Shown in pieces: positions 33,545 to 41,702 of a DNA stretch of 52,614 nucleotides. Position 1 is the first letter of the stretch; every line of letters starts with the position of its first letter. Source of the DNA: Minisyncoccota bacterium (lineage in GTDB: Bacteria; Patescibacteriota; Minisyncoccia; Phycocordibacterales; GCA-2747955); assembly GCA_020628915.1 (NCBI GenBank), contig JAHDEI010000004.1, forward strand, positions 1 through 52,614. The letters run 5' to 3'. The notes under the pieces are model-generated. The model worked only from the letters and a program-made list of their open reading frames with translations, had not been told where the DNA came from and did no database searches. Made by a program: the position numbers and the translations under genes.

Positions 33545-35437
33545 ATGAAAAAGAGTCTGAAAGAAAAACTAGGTGTTGCGGGTGTTGTGGTTGGTGCGGT
33601 ACTCATGTTTACTCACATGATTCATTTACCTTTGATACTCTTGGGTACTTTTGGTTTTGGTGGTTCTTCTATGTCTAACTCAATTTGGATTCAAGCTATT
33701 GGTGCCCTACTAACTGCAATTAGTATTTTTTTGTTGGTGAAAGATAAGAGTCTTAAAGCCAAAATCGTTGGAACACTCATGGTGCTGATTGGATTCATAT
33801 TCGTTTTCCTGTCTACGCCAAATGTAAAAACCGCAGGTCCAAATCATGACCTTTCAGTAAGCATGGCAGATTTTCCATGTCACCAAATGGGAGGAGTGTG
33901 GATGGGTACTTGTCTATACGATGAAAACGGAGATGTGGTATTTGATGACAGCGGCAATCCCCTTAATGTAAGTGGAAATACATTAGAAGAGTTTACAGGA
34001 GAAACATTTAGTAACGATGTAACCGGACTACCAGAAGTAAAGCCAACGGAAGTAGTTTTTCTAAACGATGGTGACACATATAACCTATCTGCAGGATATG
34101 TAAAACAAACTATTGATGGTGTCGATATGAGGAGGCTGGCATACAACGGCATGATTCCAGGACCAACCATCAAAGCGGAGAAAGGCAGTAAAGCAACAGT
34201 TGTATTTACTAATAGTTTGGATATCCCAACAACAGTCCATGCACATGGACTACGTGGTGAGTCGCAATATGATGGTGTGCCAAAAGATATGGGCGGTGAG
34301 CAAAGTCCTGTACAACCAGGAGAATCGTTTACCTATCAATGGGAGTTTCCTGATACAGGACTGTTTTGGTACCACCCACATATGCGAACTGACTACACTA
34401 CTGATGCAGGCCTACAGGGTAACTTTTGGGTGACCGAAGAAGGATATTGGAATGATGTGAACCGAGAAGAGTTACTGGTGCTTGATGACGTAACCCCACA
34501 TGAACCATTCTTTATTGAAAAAGCAGTTAAAACACTCATGGGACGTTTTGGAACTATTATTTTAGTTAATAACGAAGAAAACTATCAGTTGGAGGTAGCT
34601 CAAGGTGAGACCATCCGATTCTTTATGACCAACACAGCTAATGTACGTCCTTTTGATGTATCTATTCAAGACACTGCTCTCAAACTAGTCGGTTCTGATA
34701 TTGGACGGGTAGAGCAAGAACAGTTAGTAGATGGCATCATTATCTCGCCATCAGAGAGATACATATTCGAAACTACGTTTGAAGACGTAGGTACGTTCAA
34801 AATCATGTCTCGTGACCGAACACTAGGATTTGTTACCGTCATACTTTCGCAAAAGAGTCCATCAGAGTCTGCTTTGAGAAACAGTACGGAAGATTTTGTT
34901 GTTATTAAAGACAATTTAGATGCATTACTTTCAAAACCTGCTGATAAAAAACTTACTATTGATATCGATATGCCTGGGATGCGAATGATGGATGGGATGA
35001 TGAGTCACGGTGCTGACCATGCACCCCATGGTGATGAGGGAATAGAATGGGAAGATGAAATGGAGATGATGAACCAAATGACTGACAGTGATAACGTAAC
35101 TTGGATTCTCCGTGATGAAGAGACTGGAAAAGAAAATCAAGATATCTTCTGGTCATTAGAAAAAGACTCTTTAACTAAAATTGAAATCTACAACGACCCA
35201 AATTCTATGCACCCTATGCAACACCCAATTCATTTTCATGGACAAAAGATGGTTGTAATTAGTCGAAATGGAGAACCAGTTGAATCACTGCAGTGGGAAG
35301 ACACTGTATTCTTGCGAACCGGTGAAAAGATTGAAGTAATTCTGCAAGCCACGAACGAAGGAGAGTGGCTCGCACATTGTCATATCAACGAGCATGCAGA
35401 GGCAGGAATGAAATTTAACTTCGAGATAATAGAATGA
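33545..35437 (+). CDS. Membrane-anchored multicopper oxidase
   Basis: Copper ligand motifs HAHGL, WYHPH, HPIHFHG, HCHINEHAEAGM. A Met/His/Asp-rich insert (MPGMRMMDGMMSHGADHAPHGD..EMEMMNQM). About 100 aa of TM helices at the N-terminus. Confidence 0.9.
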   Translation: MKKSLKEKLGVAGVVVGAVLMFTHMIHLPLILLGTFGFGGSSMSNSIWIQAIGALLTAISIFLLVKDKSLKAKIVGTLMVLIGFIFVFLSTPNVKTAGPNHDLSVSMADFPCHQMGGVWMGTCLYDENGDVVFDDSGNPLNVSGNTLEEFTGETFSNDVTGLPEVKPTEVVFLNDGDTYNLSAGYVKQTIDGVDMRRLAYNGMIPGPTIKAEKGSKATVVFTNSLDIPTTVHAHGLRGESQYDGVPKDMGGEQSPVQPGESFTYQWEFPDTGLFWYHPHMRTDYTTDAGLQGNFWVTEEGYWNDVNREELLVLDDVTPHEPFFIEKAVKTLMGRFGTIILVNNEENYQLEVAQGETIRFFMTNTANVRPFDVSIQDTALKLVGSDIGRVEQEQLVDGIIISPSERYIFETTFEDVGTFKIMSRDRTLGFVTVILSQKSPSESALRNSTEDFVVIKDNLDALLSKPADKKLTIDIDMPGMRMMDGMMSHGADHAPHGDEGIEWEDEMEMMNQMTDSDNVTWILRDEETGKENQDIFWSLEKDSLTKIEIYNDPNSMHPMQHPIHFHGQKMVVISRNGEPVESLQWEDTVFLRTGEKIEVILQATNEGEWLAHCHINEHAEAGMKFNFEIIE

Positions 35438-35538
35438 GCTTGCTTAGGTTTGTATTTATCCAACTTTATGACATGAGATTAACAAGATGATTAGTTACTT
35501 GTGCTAAGTAAAAACAAGTTTTTAGTATAATAACTATC

Positions 35539-36183
35539 GTGAGAAATCAACGTACAACAGAAGAAGAAATGATTATTCAAAGGATAAAAGAGCCTTTAAA
35601 TATGATGGGCTTTTCGAGCTTTAAAATAGACGAGTCTGTTGTAGACAGACCAGATATTGTATTTGAATCCAGCGGAAAGAGGATTGGAGTAGAGATTAGC
35701 CGTTTGGATTATGAGGCATACTGTAAATTCATTAATCATCAGGTCGAACCACCATATTTAAAAACATCAGAAATTACCATTAACTTAGAAAAATTATTGG
35801 GTAATGTGCTGGGCAAAAAGAATAAAGACCACAAGAACTTTATTAAAGAAAGAAATTTAGATGAATGTTGGCTTGTGTTACATAACGACGTCTTTGAATT
35901 TAAAGACACAAAGGAGCAAGGAGTACTGTCTAAAGATTGGTTTGAAAAATATTCTCATCTTATCCTGCAAGAGAAAGGTTGTTTGTTTGAACGCGTTTTG
36001 TTTAACTTAGAGCATCCAGGTGGCTGGTCATATTTATTTAATAAGAGTGAGCGGAAAAAACAAGAGGAATTTAATTACAAGTGGCCAGTAATGACGTGCC
36101 ACCAGGGCGTGATAAATGTTACTGAGCCAAAGTCATACAAAATAGATATTCGGAAACCGAATGAAAAGAAGAGGTTTTACTAG
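35539..36183 (+). CDS. Hypothetical protein (214 aa)
   Basis: Clean ORF, but the start is uncertain (GTG 35539 or ATG 35578). RPDIVFES..IGVEISR could be a PD-(D/E)xK-like nuclease core, but this is weak. Confidence 0.5.
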   Translation: MRNQRTTEEEMIIQRIKEPLNMMGFSSFKIDESVVDRPDIVFESSGKRIGVEISRLDYEAYCKFINHQVEPPYLKTSEITINLEKLLGNVLGKKNKDHKNFIKERNLDECWLVLHNDVFEFKDTKEQGVLSKDWFEKYSHLILQEKGCLFERVLFNLEHPGGWSYLFNKSERKKQEEFNYKWPVMTCHQGVINVTEPKSYKIDIRKPNEKKRFY

Positions 36184-36408
36184 ATTGCTAGTACGTTTGT
36201 GCTACTATTTTGTATACAGCTCCTCATACTACTGAGCACCGCCTAACCCCTCATTTGAGGATATGGCGGATAAGACCAAAAGAAGTAAAAAACCCATCGT
36301 AAGGGTTTGCTTCTTTTGGCCATGTCGGGAAACTGGCATGGAGGCTTAGGCCTCGCCTTGCGGTGGGCTTTTTGTATGAAAAATCCATTGCGTTAATAAA
36401 TAATAACT

Positions 36409-36645
36409 ATGGAAATCTATATTTTTATAATCATTGTGTCGAGTCTCGCTGGACTATTTGCTTATAAAGTAACCAAGAGGACTAATCTTGAGCCTGGAAT
36501 ACTTTCTTTCTTAAAAGTTGTCGCTGTTTGTGCTTTTGTAGGGGTTTTGGTGATGCAAGACCCCGAGCAGTATGAGAGATTTTTTACAACTTTTCTGGTT
36601 TTGCTACTGCCTGCTTTGATTGCTTTGTTTGAAAGAAAAGCATAG
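36409..36645 (+). CDS. Small membrane protein (78 aa, about 3 TM helices)
   Basis: The hydrophobic profile is the only evidence. Confidence 0.5.
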   Translation: MEIYIFIIIVSSLAGLFAYKVTKRTNLEPGILSFLKVVAVCAFVGVLVMQDPEQYERFFTTFLVLLLPALIALFERKA

Positions 36646-36672
36646 CTTGTTCAGATGGGGTAAAATTTAAGA

Positions 36673-37422
36673 ATGATTAGAAAACAAGTCGAGTCTGTTT
36701 TAATGAATCCGGTCGAGCCAGAATTATTTGCGGAGTCTCTTTTAGAAAGTGCCTCACAAAAAGCAGAATACAATAAGGTTTGGGTTTGGTCTCATATAAT
36801 CTTAAGAGAAGATTTTACAGATTTTATTAAAGATTTGTTTGGTTTAGCCAAGAATACAGAAACCGACTATCCTACATTAAAGAAGGTAATTACAACGTAT
36901 CAGGAAAGATATGCTGATAGTGAGTTCTATAAACTTTTAAGCGTTCACAAAAAGGAGTTATTTGATGATATCTTTTTGGCAATCATCGCAGGCCATGCAA
37001 GGATATGGCACGAGATTAAAACCCTATGTTTTGTGCCTATTGCATACCACGAAGGAATACATATGACCCACAACTCCGAAACGGAAGAAACTATTCTCAC
37101 CATAAAAGATTTCGTAACACCCACAGAATTGAGAGAGTTTATATTTGAGACCTGGGACCTAGCAATGGGGAATGCCAGAGGAGGCATCAACACTCCAAGA
37201 AAGATTTTAAGAAAGAAAACTAGTAAAAATCATTTAAGGAACCTTCAAATTTATAATAAGTACAGTGATTTTCGTGAAGAAGGTTTTAATGTGACGGAAT
37301 CTGAAGCTAAGACATCAACATGGGTCGAGAAGAATTTTCCAATCAAAGATAACGAGTTTGCGTTAGACACCGTTCGGAAGATTGTTAAAGAAATAGAAAA
37401 AAGAAAAAAGCTTATCAACTAG
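36673..37422 (+). CDS. Hypothetical protein (249 aa)
   Basis: Clean ORF. No family recognised. Confidence 0.55.
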   Translation: MIRKQVESVLMNPVEPELFAESLLESASQKAEYNKVWVWSHIILREDFTDFIKDLFGLAKNTETDYPTLKKVITTYQERYADSEFYKLLSVHKKELFDDIFLAIIAGHARIWHEIKTLCFVPIAYHEGIHMTHNSETEETILTIKDFVTPTELREFIFETWDLAMGNARGGINTPRKILRKKTSKNHLRNLQIYNKYSDFREEGFNVTESEAKTSTWVEKNFPIKDNEFALDTVRKIVKEIEKRKKLIN

Positions 37423-37940
37423 GCACACATAAGAGTACGCTTATACATCACAGCCCCAAGGCGGGAATTTTGAGAGAATATAGGTATGAAGATAAATTCA
37501 TGCCAACTAGAAGAATACAGAGAGATACATGAGTCCGTTTATGGATATGGTATTTCTATCGCACAAGCTTCCAGGGAGGCATCTAGTTTGGTGAATTTAG
37601 TTCAGCTTGTATTACTACAAGCAACCACAATTGAATAGGAACCTTCTATCTTGGGGCATATAAAAGAAGTAAAACTTGCTCCACACTAAATAAGCTCAGG
37701 GGTACAGGTATTTATGCAAGAACGCTGGGAAAACGAGTTTGATAGACACTCTCGCCCAGCCTCTAGATAAGTATCGGTGCTCGGGGACTACCTGGACTAT
37801 CTAGACAGTTACTTGAATGTAGCAAACAGGAACTAGAGTAGTAGCAAGGTAGTAGACACTATTCATGCATAACATATAGACAACTTCCTCTATCTATCAG
37901 GAAAAGTGTCTATCCTATTATCAAATAATCCATTATCAAT

Positions 37941-38243
37941 ATGAAATCAATTAGGAATAACTTTTATAAAGAGTTAAAAGGGAATCCAAATTTAGGCGAG
38001 TATCCAGCCTTAGCTAAAACAGTTCGTGGGAAGAATTACTCGCGGAGAACATTAAGTAAGAATATATATTTGCTTGATGATAAAGATATTGACGCCAGCA
38101 TGAAGAAGTCATTGGTTGACCATCTGTACGAGCAAACTCAAAAACTACCCGAGGAGTGCAAAAATGAGTGTGAAATTGTCTCAGATAATGCGAAAAGTAA
38201 ATATTTGAGTGTGAGTGCATGGTGTGGTGAATCCGTGTGTTAA
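37941..38243 (+). CDS. Hypothetical protein (100 aa)
   Basis: ORF downstream of a repeat-bearing 300 nt spacer. No family recognised. Confidence 0.45.
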   Translation: MKSIRNNFYKELKGNPNLGEYPALAKTVRGKNYSRRTLSKNIYLLDDKDIDASMKKSLVDHLYEQTQKLPEECKNECEIVSDNAKSKYLSVSAWCGESVC

Positions 38244-38386
38244 AATCAAAATGCCAGAACAAAGATGCAAGTCCAATTTTTATATTGGACGTAAAAACGG
38301 GATAGTTATCCGTCTTTGTTCTGGCGAACTTTGGACTTTGGTAGCTATCCCTTTTTTGCATCTAAGTATTATTAATAAAAAAATAT

Positions 38387-40000
38387 ATGAACGAACAGAA
38401 TATAAAATATTTCATCTATGCACGTAAGTCTCAAGAATCAGACGAGAGACAAGTGCAATCCATAGATGACCAAATACACATCGCAGAAAAGATTGCTCGT
38501 CAGTACGGGCTTGAAGTTGTTGATGTATTCAGAGAATCTAAGTCAGCAAAGAAACCATATAACCGTCCTGTGTTTTCTGAGATGTTACAAAGAATTAAAG
38601 CGGGAGAAGCAACAGGTATTATTACCTGGAAATTGGACAGGCTTGGACGTAATCAGCTTGAGAGCGGTATGGTTGGACAAATGTTGGAGGATAGAGAGAT
38701 TGAAGTTATTAGAACTCCAGAGAAAGAATATCGCCCAGAAGATAATGTGGTTATTTACAGCATTGAAACTGCAATGGCTACGCAGTATTCAAAAGACTTA
38801 TCGAAGAACGTGAAGCGTGGGCAATCAGGAAAGATTAAGAGAGGCTGGTATCCAGGTCGTGCCCCTATGGGTTATTTAAACTGCCCGACTACTAAGGAAA
38901 TTATTCCAGACCAAGAACGGTTTGATATGTTACGAAGAGCTTGGGATTTGATGCTCACTGGACTATATTCGCCGCCAGAAGTAATGGATATATTGAATGA
39001 AGAGTGGGGTTTTACGACAGTAAAGCGAGGAAAAACCGGAGGTGGAAAAATCAGTAAAGCAAATATTTACAAATTCTTTGGAAATGTTTTTTACACGGGA
39101 ACTCATTTTGAGTGGAATGGCATATTGCACACAAACGGGCAACACAAACCAATGGTTAGCATGGAGGAGTTTGAAGAAGTACAGAGGATTATGGGTAAGA
39201 CTGACCGTCCCCGTACTTACAAACACGAGTATGCCTACAAAGGAGTATTTCATTGTGATTGTGGTTGCTCAATTACGAGCTATGTTAAAAAAGAGAAATA
39301 CAACTACTACAAGTGCACCAAACGTAAAGTAGGTATCGTTTGTGATGCTAAACAAATTAGCGAGAGAAAACTAGAAAAAGAGATTATTAAAAAAATTGAA
39401 GATTTAGTAATCCATCCCCAGTTTTTAGAATGGTCATTCAAAGCCATTGAAGAGTGCAGCAAGGCTGAGTTAAAGACTGACCAAGACATAGTTACTAGTC
39501 GAATAAATGCAGTCATTCAAAAGCGCGACCAGATTGGTAAGTTAAATGAGATGCTCTCCAAAAGTTACATTTCTGATGAGGAATATCTTGAATCAAAAGA
39601 GAGATTGCAAAAAGAGATAGCTGAACTTGAAGCCCAGAAAGATAAAGAGATTAATTTAAGGGAAAAGAAAGAAGAGTTAAAAGACGTCTTTGTATTCATG
39701 TCACAACTTGTGCAGATTCTAGAAGGAAATAGTGGTGACTCAAAACGAAAAGCACTATTTTCAATTGGTGAAAATCACATCCTCCAAAATACTGAGCCTA
39801 TACTGAATTTACATAGTTTTCTAAGACCAGTTCGAACCTCGTATGAAAGTCTCTATTCTGACTACTATAATGTTCGAACTCGAGAAAATGGCTCTGTTAA
39901 GCTCCGAGAAGCTGATTTGGAGGCTATTAATCTCCTTTGGTGCGGGTGGGGAGAATCGAACTCCCGACTGATCCTTGGCAAGGACCTATTTTACCACTAA
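38387..40000 (+). CDS. Large serine recombinase (integrase). The true C-terminus is uncertain because the frame stays open into the antisense tRNA-Gly.
   Basis: Resolvase catalytic domain (YARKSQESDE.. Ser nucleophile, KLDRLGRN), recombinase domain, zinc ribbon CDCGCS..YYKC, and a coiled-coil region. The last ~20 codons (39938-40000) are the reverse complement of the tRNA. Confidence 0.9.
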   Translation: MNEQNIKYFIYARKSQESDERQVQSIDDQIHIAEKIARQYGLEVVDVFRESKSAKKPYNRPVFSEMLQRIKAGEATGIITWKLDRLGRNQLESGMVGQMLEDREIEVIRTPEKEYRPEDNVVIYSIETAMATQYSKDLSKNVKRGQSGKIKRGWYPGRAPMGYLNCPTTKEIIPDQERFDMLRRAWDLMLTGLYSPPEVMDILNEEWGFTTVKRGKTGGGKISKANIYKFFGNVFYTGTHFEWNGILHTNGQHKPMVSMEEFEEVQRIMGKTDRPRTYKHEYAYKGVFHCDCGCSITSYVKKEKYNYYKCTKRKVGIVCDAKQISERKLEKEIIKKIEDLVIHPQFLEWSFKAIEECSKAELKTDQDIVTSRINAVIQKRDQIGKLNEMLSKSYISDEEYLESKERLQKEIAELEAQKDKEINLREKKEELKDVFVFMSQLVQILEGNSGDSKRKALFSIGENHILQNTEPILNLHSFLRPVRTSYESLYSDYYNVRTRENGSVKLREADLEAINLLWCGWGESNSRLILGKDLFYH

Positions 40001-40011
40001 ACTACACTCGC
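39938..40011 (-). tRNA. tRNA-Gly (anticodon GCC), CCA encoded
   Basis: Sense strand GCGAGTGTAGTTTAGTGGTAAAATAGGTCCTTGCCAAGGATCAGTCGGGAGTTCGATTCTCCCCACCCGCACCA. It forms a canonical cloverleaf with anticodon loop TTGCCAA and T arm GGGAG-TTCGATT-CTCCC. There is one A:C mismatch in the acceptor stem (position 4:69). Confidence 0.9.
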
Positions 40012-40040
40012 ATTATTTTTTTACAAGCGGTTTAGATCAA

Positions 40041-40096
40041 CAGGTCCTTGCCTATCAAATCAGCCAAGGTCCAGTCTACCACTAAACTACACTCGC
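40041..40096 (-). pseudogene. Degenerate partial copy of the tRNA-Gly 5' half (no T arm, no acceptor 3' strand)
   Basis: The first 20 nt (GCGAGTGTAGTTTAGTGGTA, complement of 40077-40096) are identical to the intact gene. Similarity then decays through the anticodon arm and stops. Confidence 0.55.
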
Positions 40097-40143
40097 GATA
40101 TTTAAAGTGTGTTCGCTATTATAAATAATTTTTCCGAAAGAAA

Positions 40144-40172
40144 AAACCTCGGCATATTATGTGCTGAGGTTT
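40144..40172 (-). terminator. Intrinsic terminator overlapping the sigma-factor stop codon
   Basis: Minus strand AACCTCAGCA-cataatat-GCCGAGGTT followed by TTTTT. Confidence 0.65.
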
Positions 40173-40888
40173 GAGCTTTTCATTTGATATCGCTCACGAA
40201 GATAAGATTCCATTTTTTCAACTGCTCGTTGTTGCAATTGGCGGATTCGTTCTCGAGATATATCAAATAAGTCGGCTACTTCTTGGAGAGTGTAATCTTC
40301 AAAGAAACGAAGCTGTATGATTGTCTGCTCTCGATCGGACAGCTCTAATAGGGCTTCTTTGCTAAATCCTAAGACTTTTTCATCTCCAATTTGATCGAGA
40401 CTATTTAATGCATCACGATCTTCGATTTCAAAGTACATAGGGCCATCCTCATTATTCGCAATCGGGCTGTCTAAGTCAATTTTTGAACTTTGTCTGAGAT
40501 GCCACTCTGCACCATATCCCTTGTTGTGAACATTGTCTGGAACGCGGATTAGCGAATAGTTATCGCGAATATATTTTCCCATCTTTGTTCGGATCCACCA
40601 ATATGCATAGGTTTGAAACGTATTGTTTCTGCTAAAATCAAACTTTTTTATTGCTTCATGCAGCCCCTCGATACCAGGAAGAATTAATTCCTCAACAGTA
40701 ATCTTCTTTTGTTTTTTAGTTTGCTGGAATGCAATTTTGATGACGAGCCTCATGTTGTGTTTGACAATATGATCTCGTGCATTTAAGTCTCCTTGTCGAG
40801 ATTGTCTAGCTAAACGCACAAATTCATGACGAGGCAGGTCTGGGTGTTGGGCAAGTTGATTGATAACTTTCTGACTTTGAGCGTCCAT
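40157..40888 (-). CDS. Sigma-70 family RNA polymerase sigma factor (compact RpoD-like, no region 1.1)
   Basis: Region 2 (NMRLVIKIA, EGLHEAIKKFD, FQTYAYWWIRTKM), region 3.0 (IRVPDNVH), and region 4.2 (TLQEVADLFDISRERIRQLQQRA). ATG 40888 lies 5 nt after GAAGGAGGAG. Confidence 0.88.
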   Translation of the reverse strand: MDAQSQKVINQLAQHPDLPRHEFVRLARQSRQGDLNARDHIVKHNMRLVIKIAFQQTKKQKKITVEELILPGIEGLHEAIKKFDFSRNNTFQTYAYWWIRTKMGKYIRDNYSLIRVPDNVHNKGYGAEWHLRQSSKIDLDSPIANNEDGPMYFEIEDRDALNSLDQIGDEKVLGFSKEALLELSDREQTIIQLRFFEDYTLQEVADLFDISRERIRQLQQRAVEKMESYLRERYQMKSSNLST

Positions 40889-40972
40889 GGACTCCTCCTT
40901 CAAATTAATCTAAACATATAATTCCATTTATTTAATTTTTTGTCAATTTTTAAAATATAGTAAAATATTTAG

Positions 40973-41671
40973 ATGATATCTGTGATTATTCCTACATATA
41001 AAGAAGGAAAAACAATACAGTCCACTTTGGATGCGCTAGACGTACAACAACAAACCCAAGCCTTTGAAATAATTCTCGTTGACGCAACAGATGATGAAGA
41101 AACAAAGCGCGCAGCTCAGAATTTTCACCAAGTGCGGTACGTTGTATCCGATCAGTTTGGGCGAGGCAACCAACAAAATCACGGGGCGTCCATCGCAACA
41201 GGCGAGATATTACTCTTTTTACATGCAGATACCATGCTGCCTGATGGCTGGCAAGATTTAATTGGAGAATATCAAGAAAATTTATACGGAGCATTCCTCA
41301 AAAAATTTGATTTTAGTGAGGCAACCATTGGTCAAAAGATTCTTTTAAAATGCGTGCTAGCATTTTCTAATCTAAAGGTCCGGGCGGGCTATGAATTTTT
41401 GGGAGACAATGCAATTTTTATATCAAAAAAACTATTTGTTGAGGTGGGGGGATTCTCAGAAGGACAACTAATGGAGGACGTGGCAATTTCACGAACCCTG
41501 AGGAAGCAAAAAGGTCTTGAGCGTCGGGTTATTAAGTCTCCTGTCATTACATCACCAAGAAGATTTTTACAGCATGGTGTTGTCGCTACTGCATGGCTGA
41601 TGGCTCGTATCAGACGCAGTTATGGTCGAGGGATAACAGGAGATAACTTGAGAAGAAAATATAAAGGATAA
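40973..41671 (+). CDS. Family 2 glycosyltransferase
   Basis: ISVIIPTYKE, ILVDATDD, LFLHADT (DxD-like). Confidence 0.85.
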   Translation: MISVIIPTYKEGKTIQSTLDALDVQQQTQAFEIILVDATDDEETKRAAQNFHQVRYVVSDQFGRGNQQNHGASIATGEILLFLHADTMLPDGWQDLIGEYQENLYGAFLKKFDFSEATIGQKILLKCVLAFSNLKVRAGYEFLGDNAIFISKKLFVEVGGFSEGQLMEDVAISRTLRKQKGLERRVIKSPVITSPRRFLQHGVVATAWLMARIRRSYGRGITGDNLRRKYKG

Positions 41672-41674
41672 AAA

Positions 41675-41698
41675 ACAGGACCCAATAGTGGGTCCTGT
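41675..41698. terminator. Bidirectional terminator hairpin
   Basis: ACAGGACCCA-atag-TGGGTCCTGT. Confidence 0.8.
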
Positions 41699-41702
41699 GC
41701 TG

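Larger units (their letters stand above)
35438..40011. mobile_element. Minimal extent of an integrated element: orphan cargo genes plus a large serine recombinase abutting tRNA-Gly. The left boundary is uncertain and may extend to about 24.65 kb.
   Basis: A recombinase gene lies next to a tRNA gene, orphan genes have no recognisable families, and a degenerate tRNA half lies just beyond. No flanking direct repeats were found, which is expected for serine recombinases. Confidence 0.4.

Noticed and set aside
39829-39890. Two GTTCGAAC strings (about 39834 and 39874) that resemble tRNA T-loops on the plus strand.
   Set aside because: The flanking bases do not form T-stems or any cloverleaf. They lie inside the recombinase coding region.
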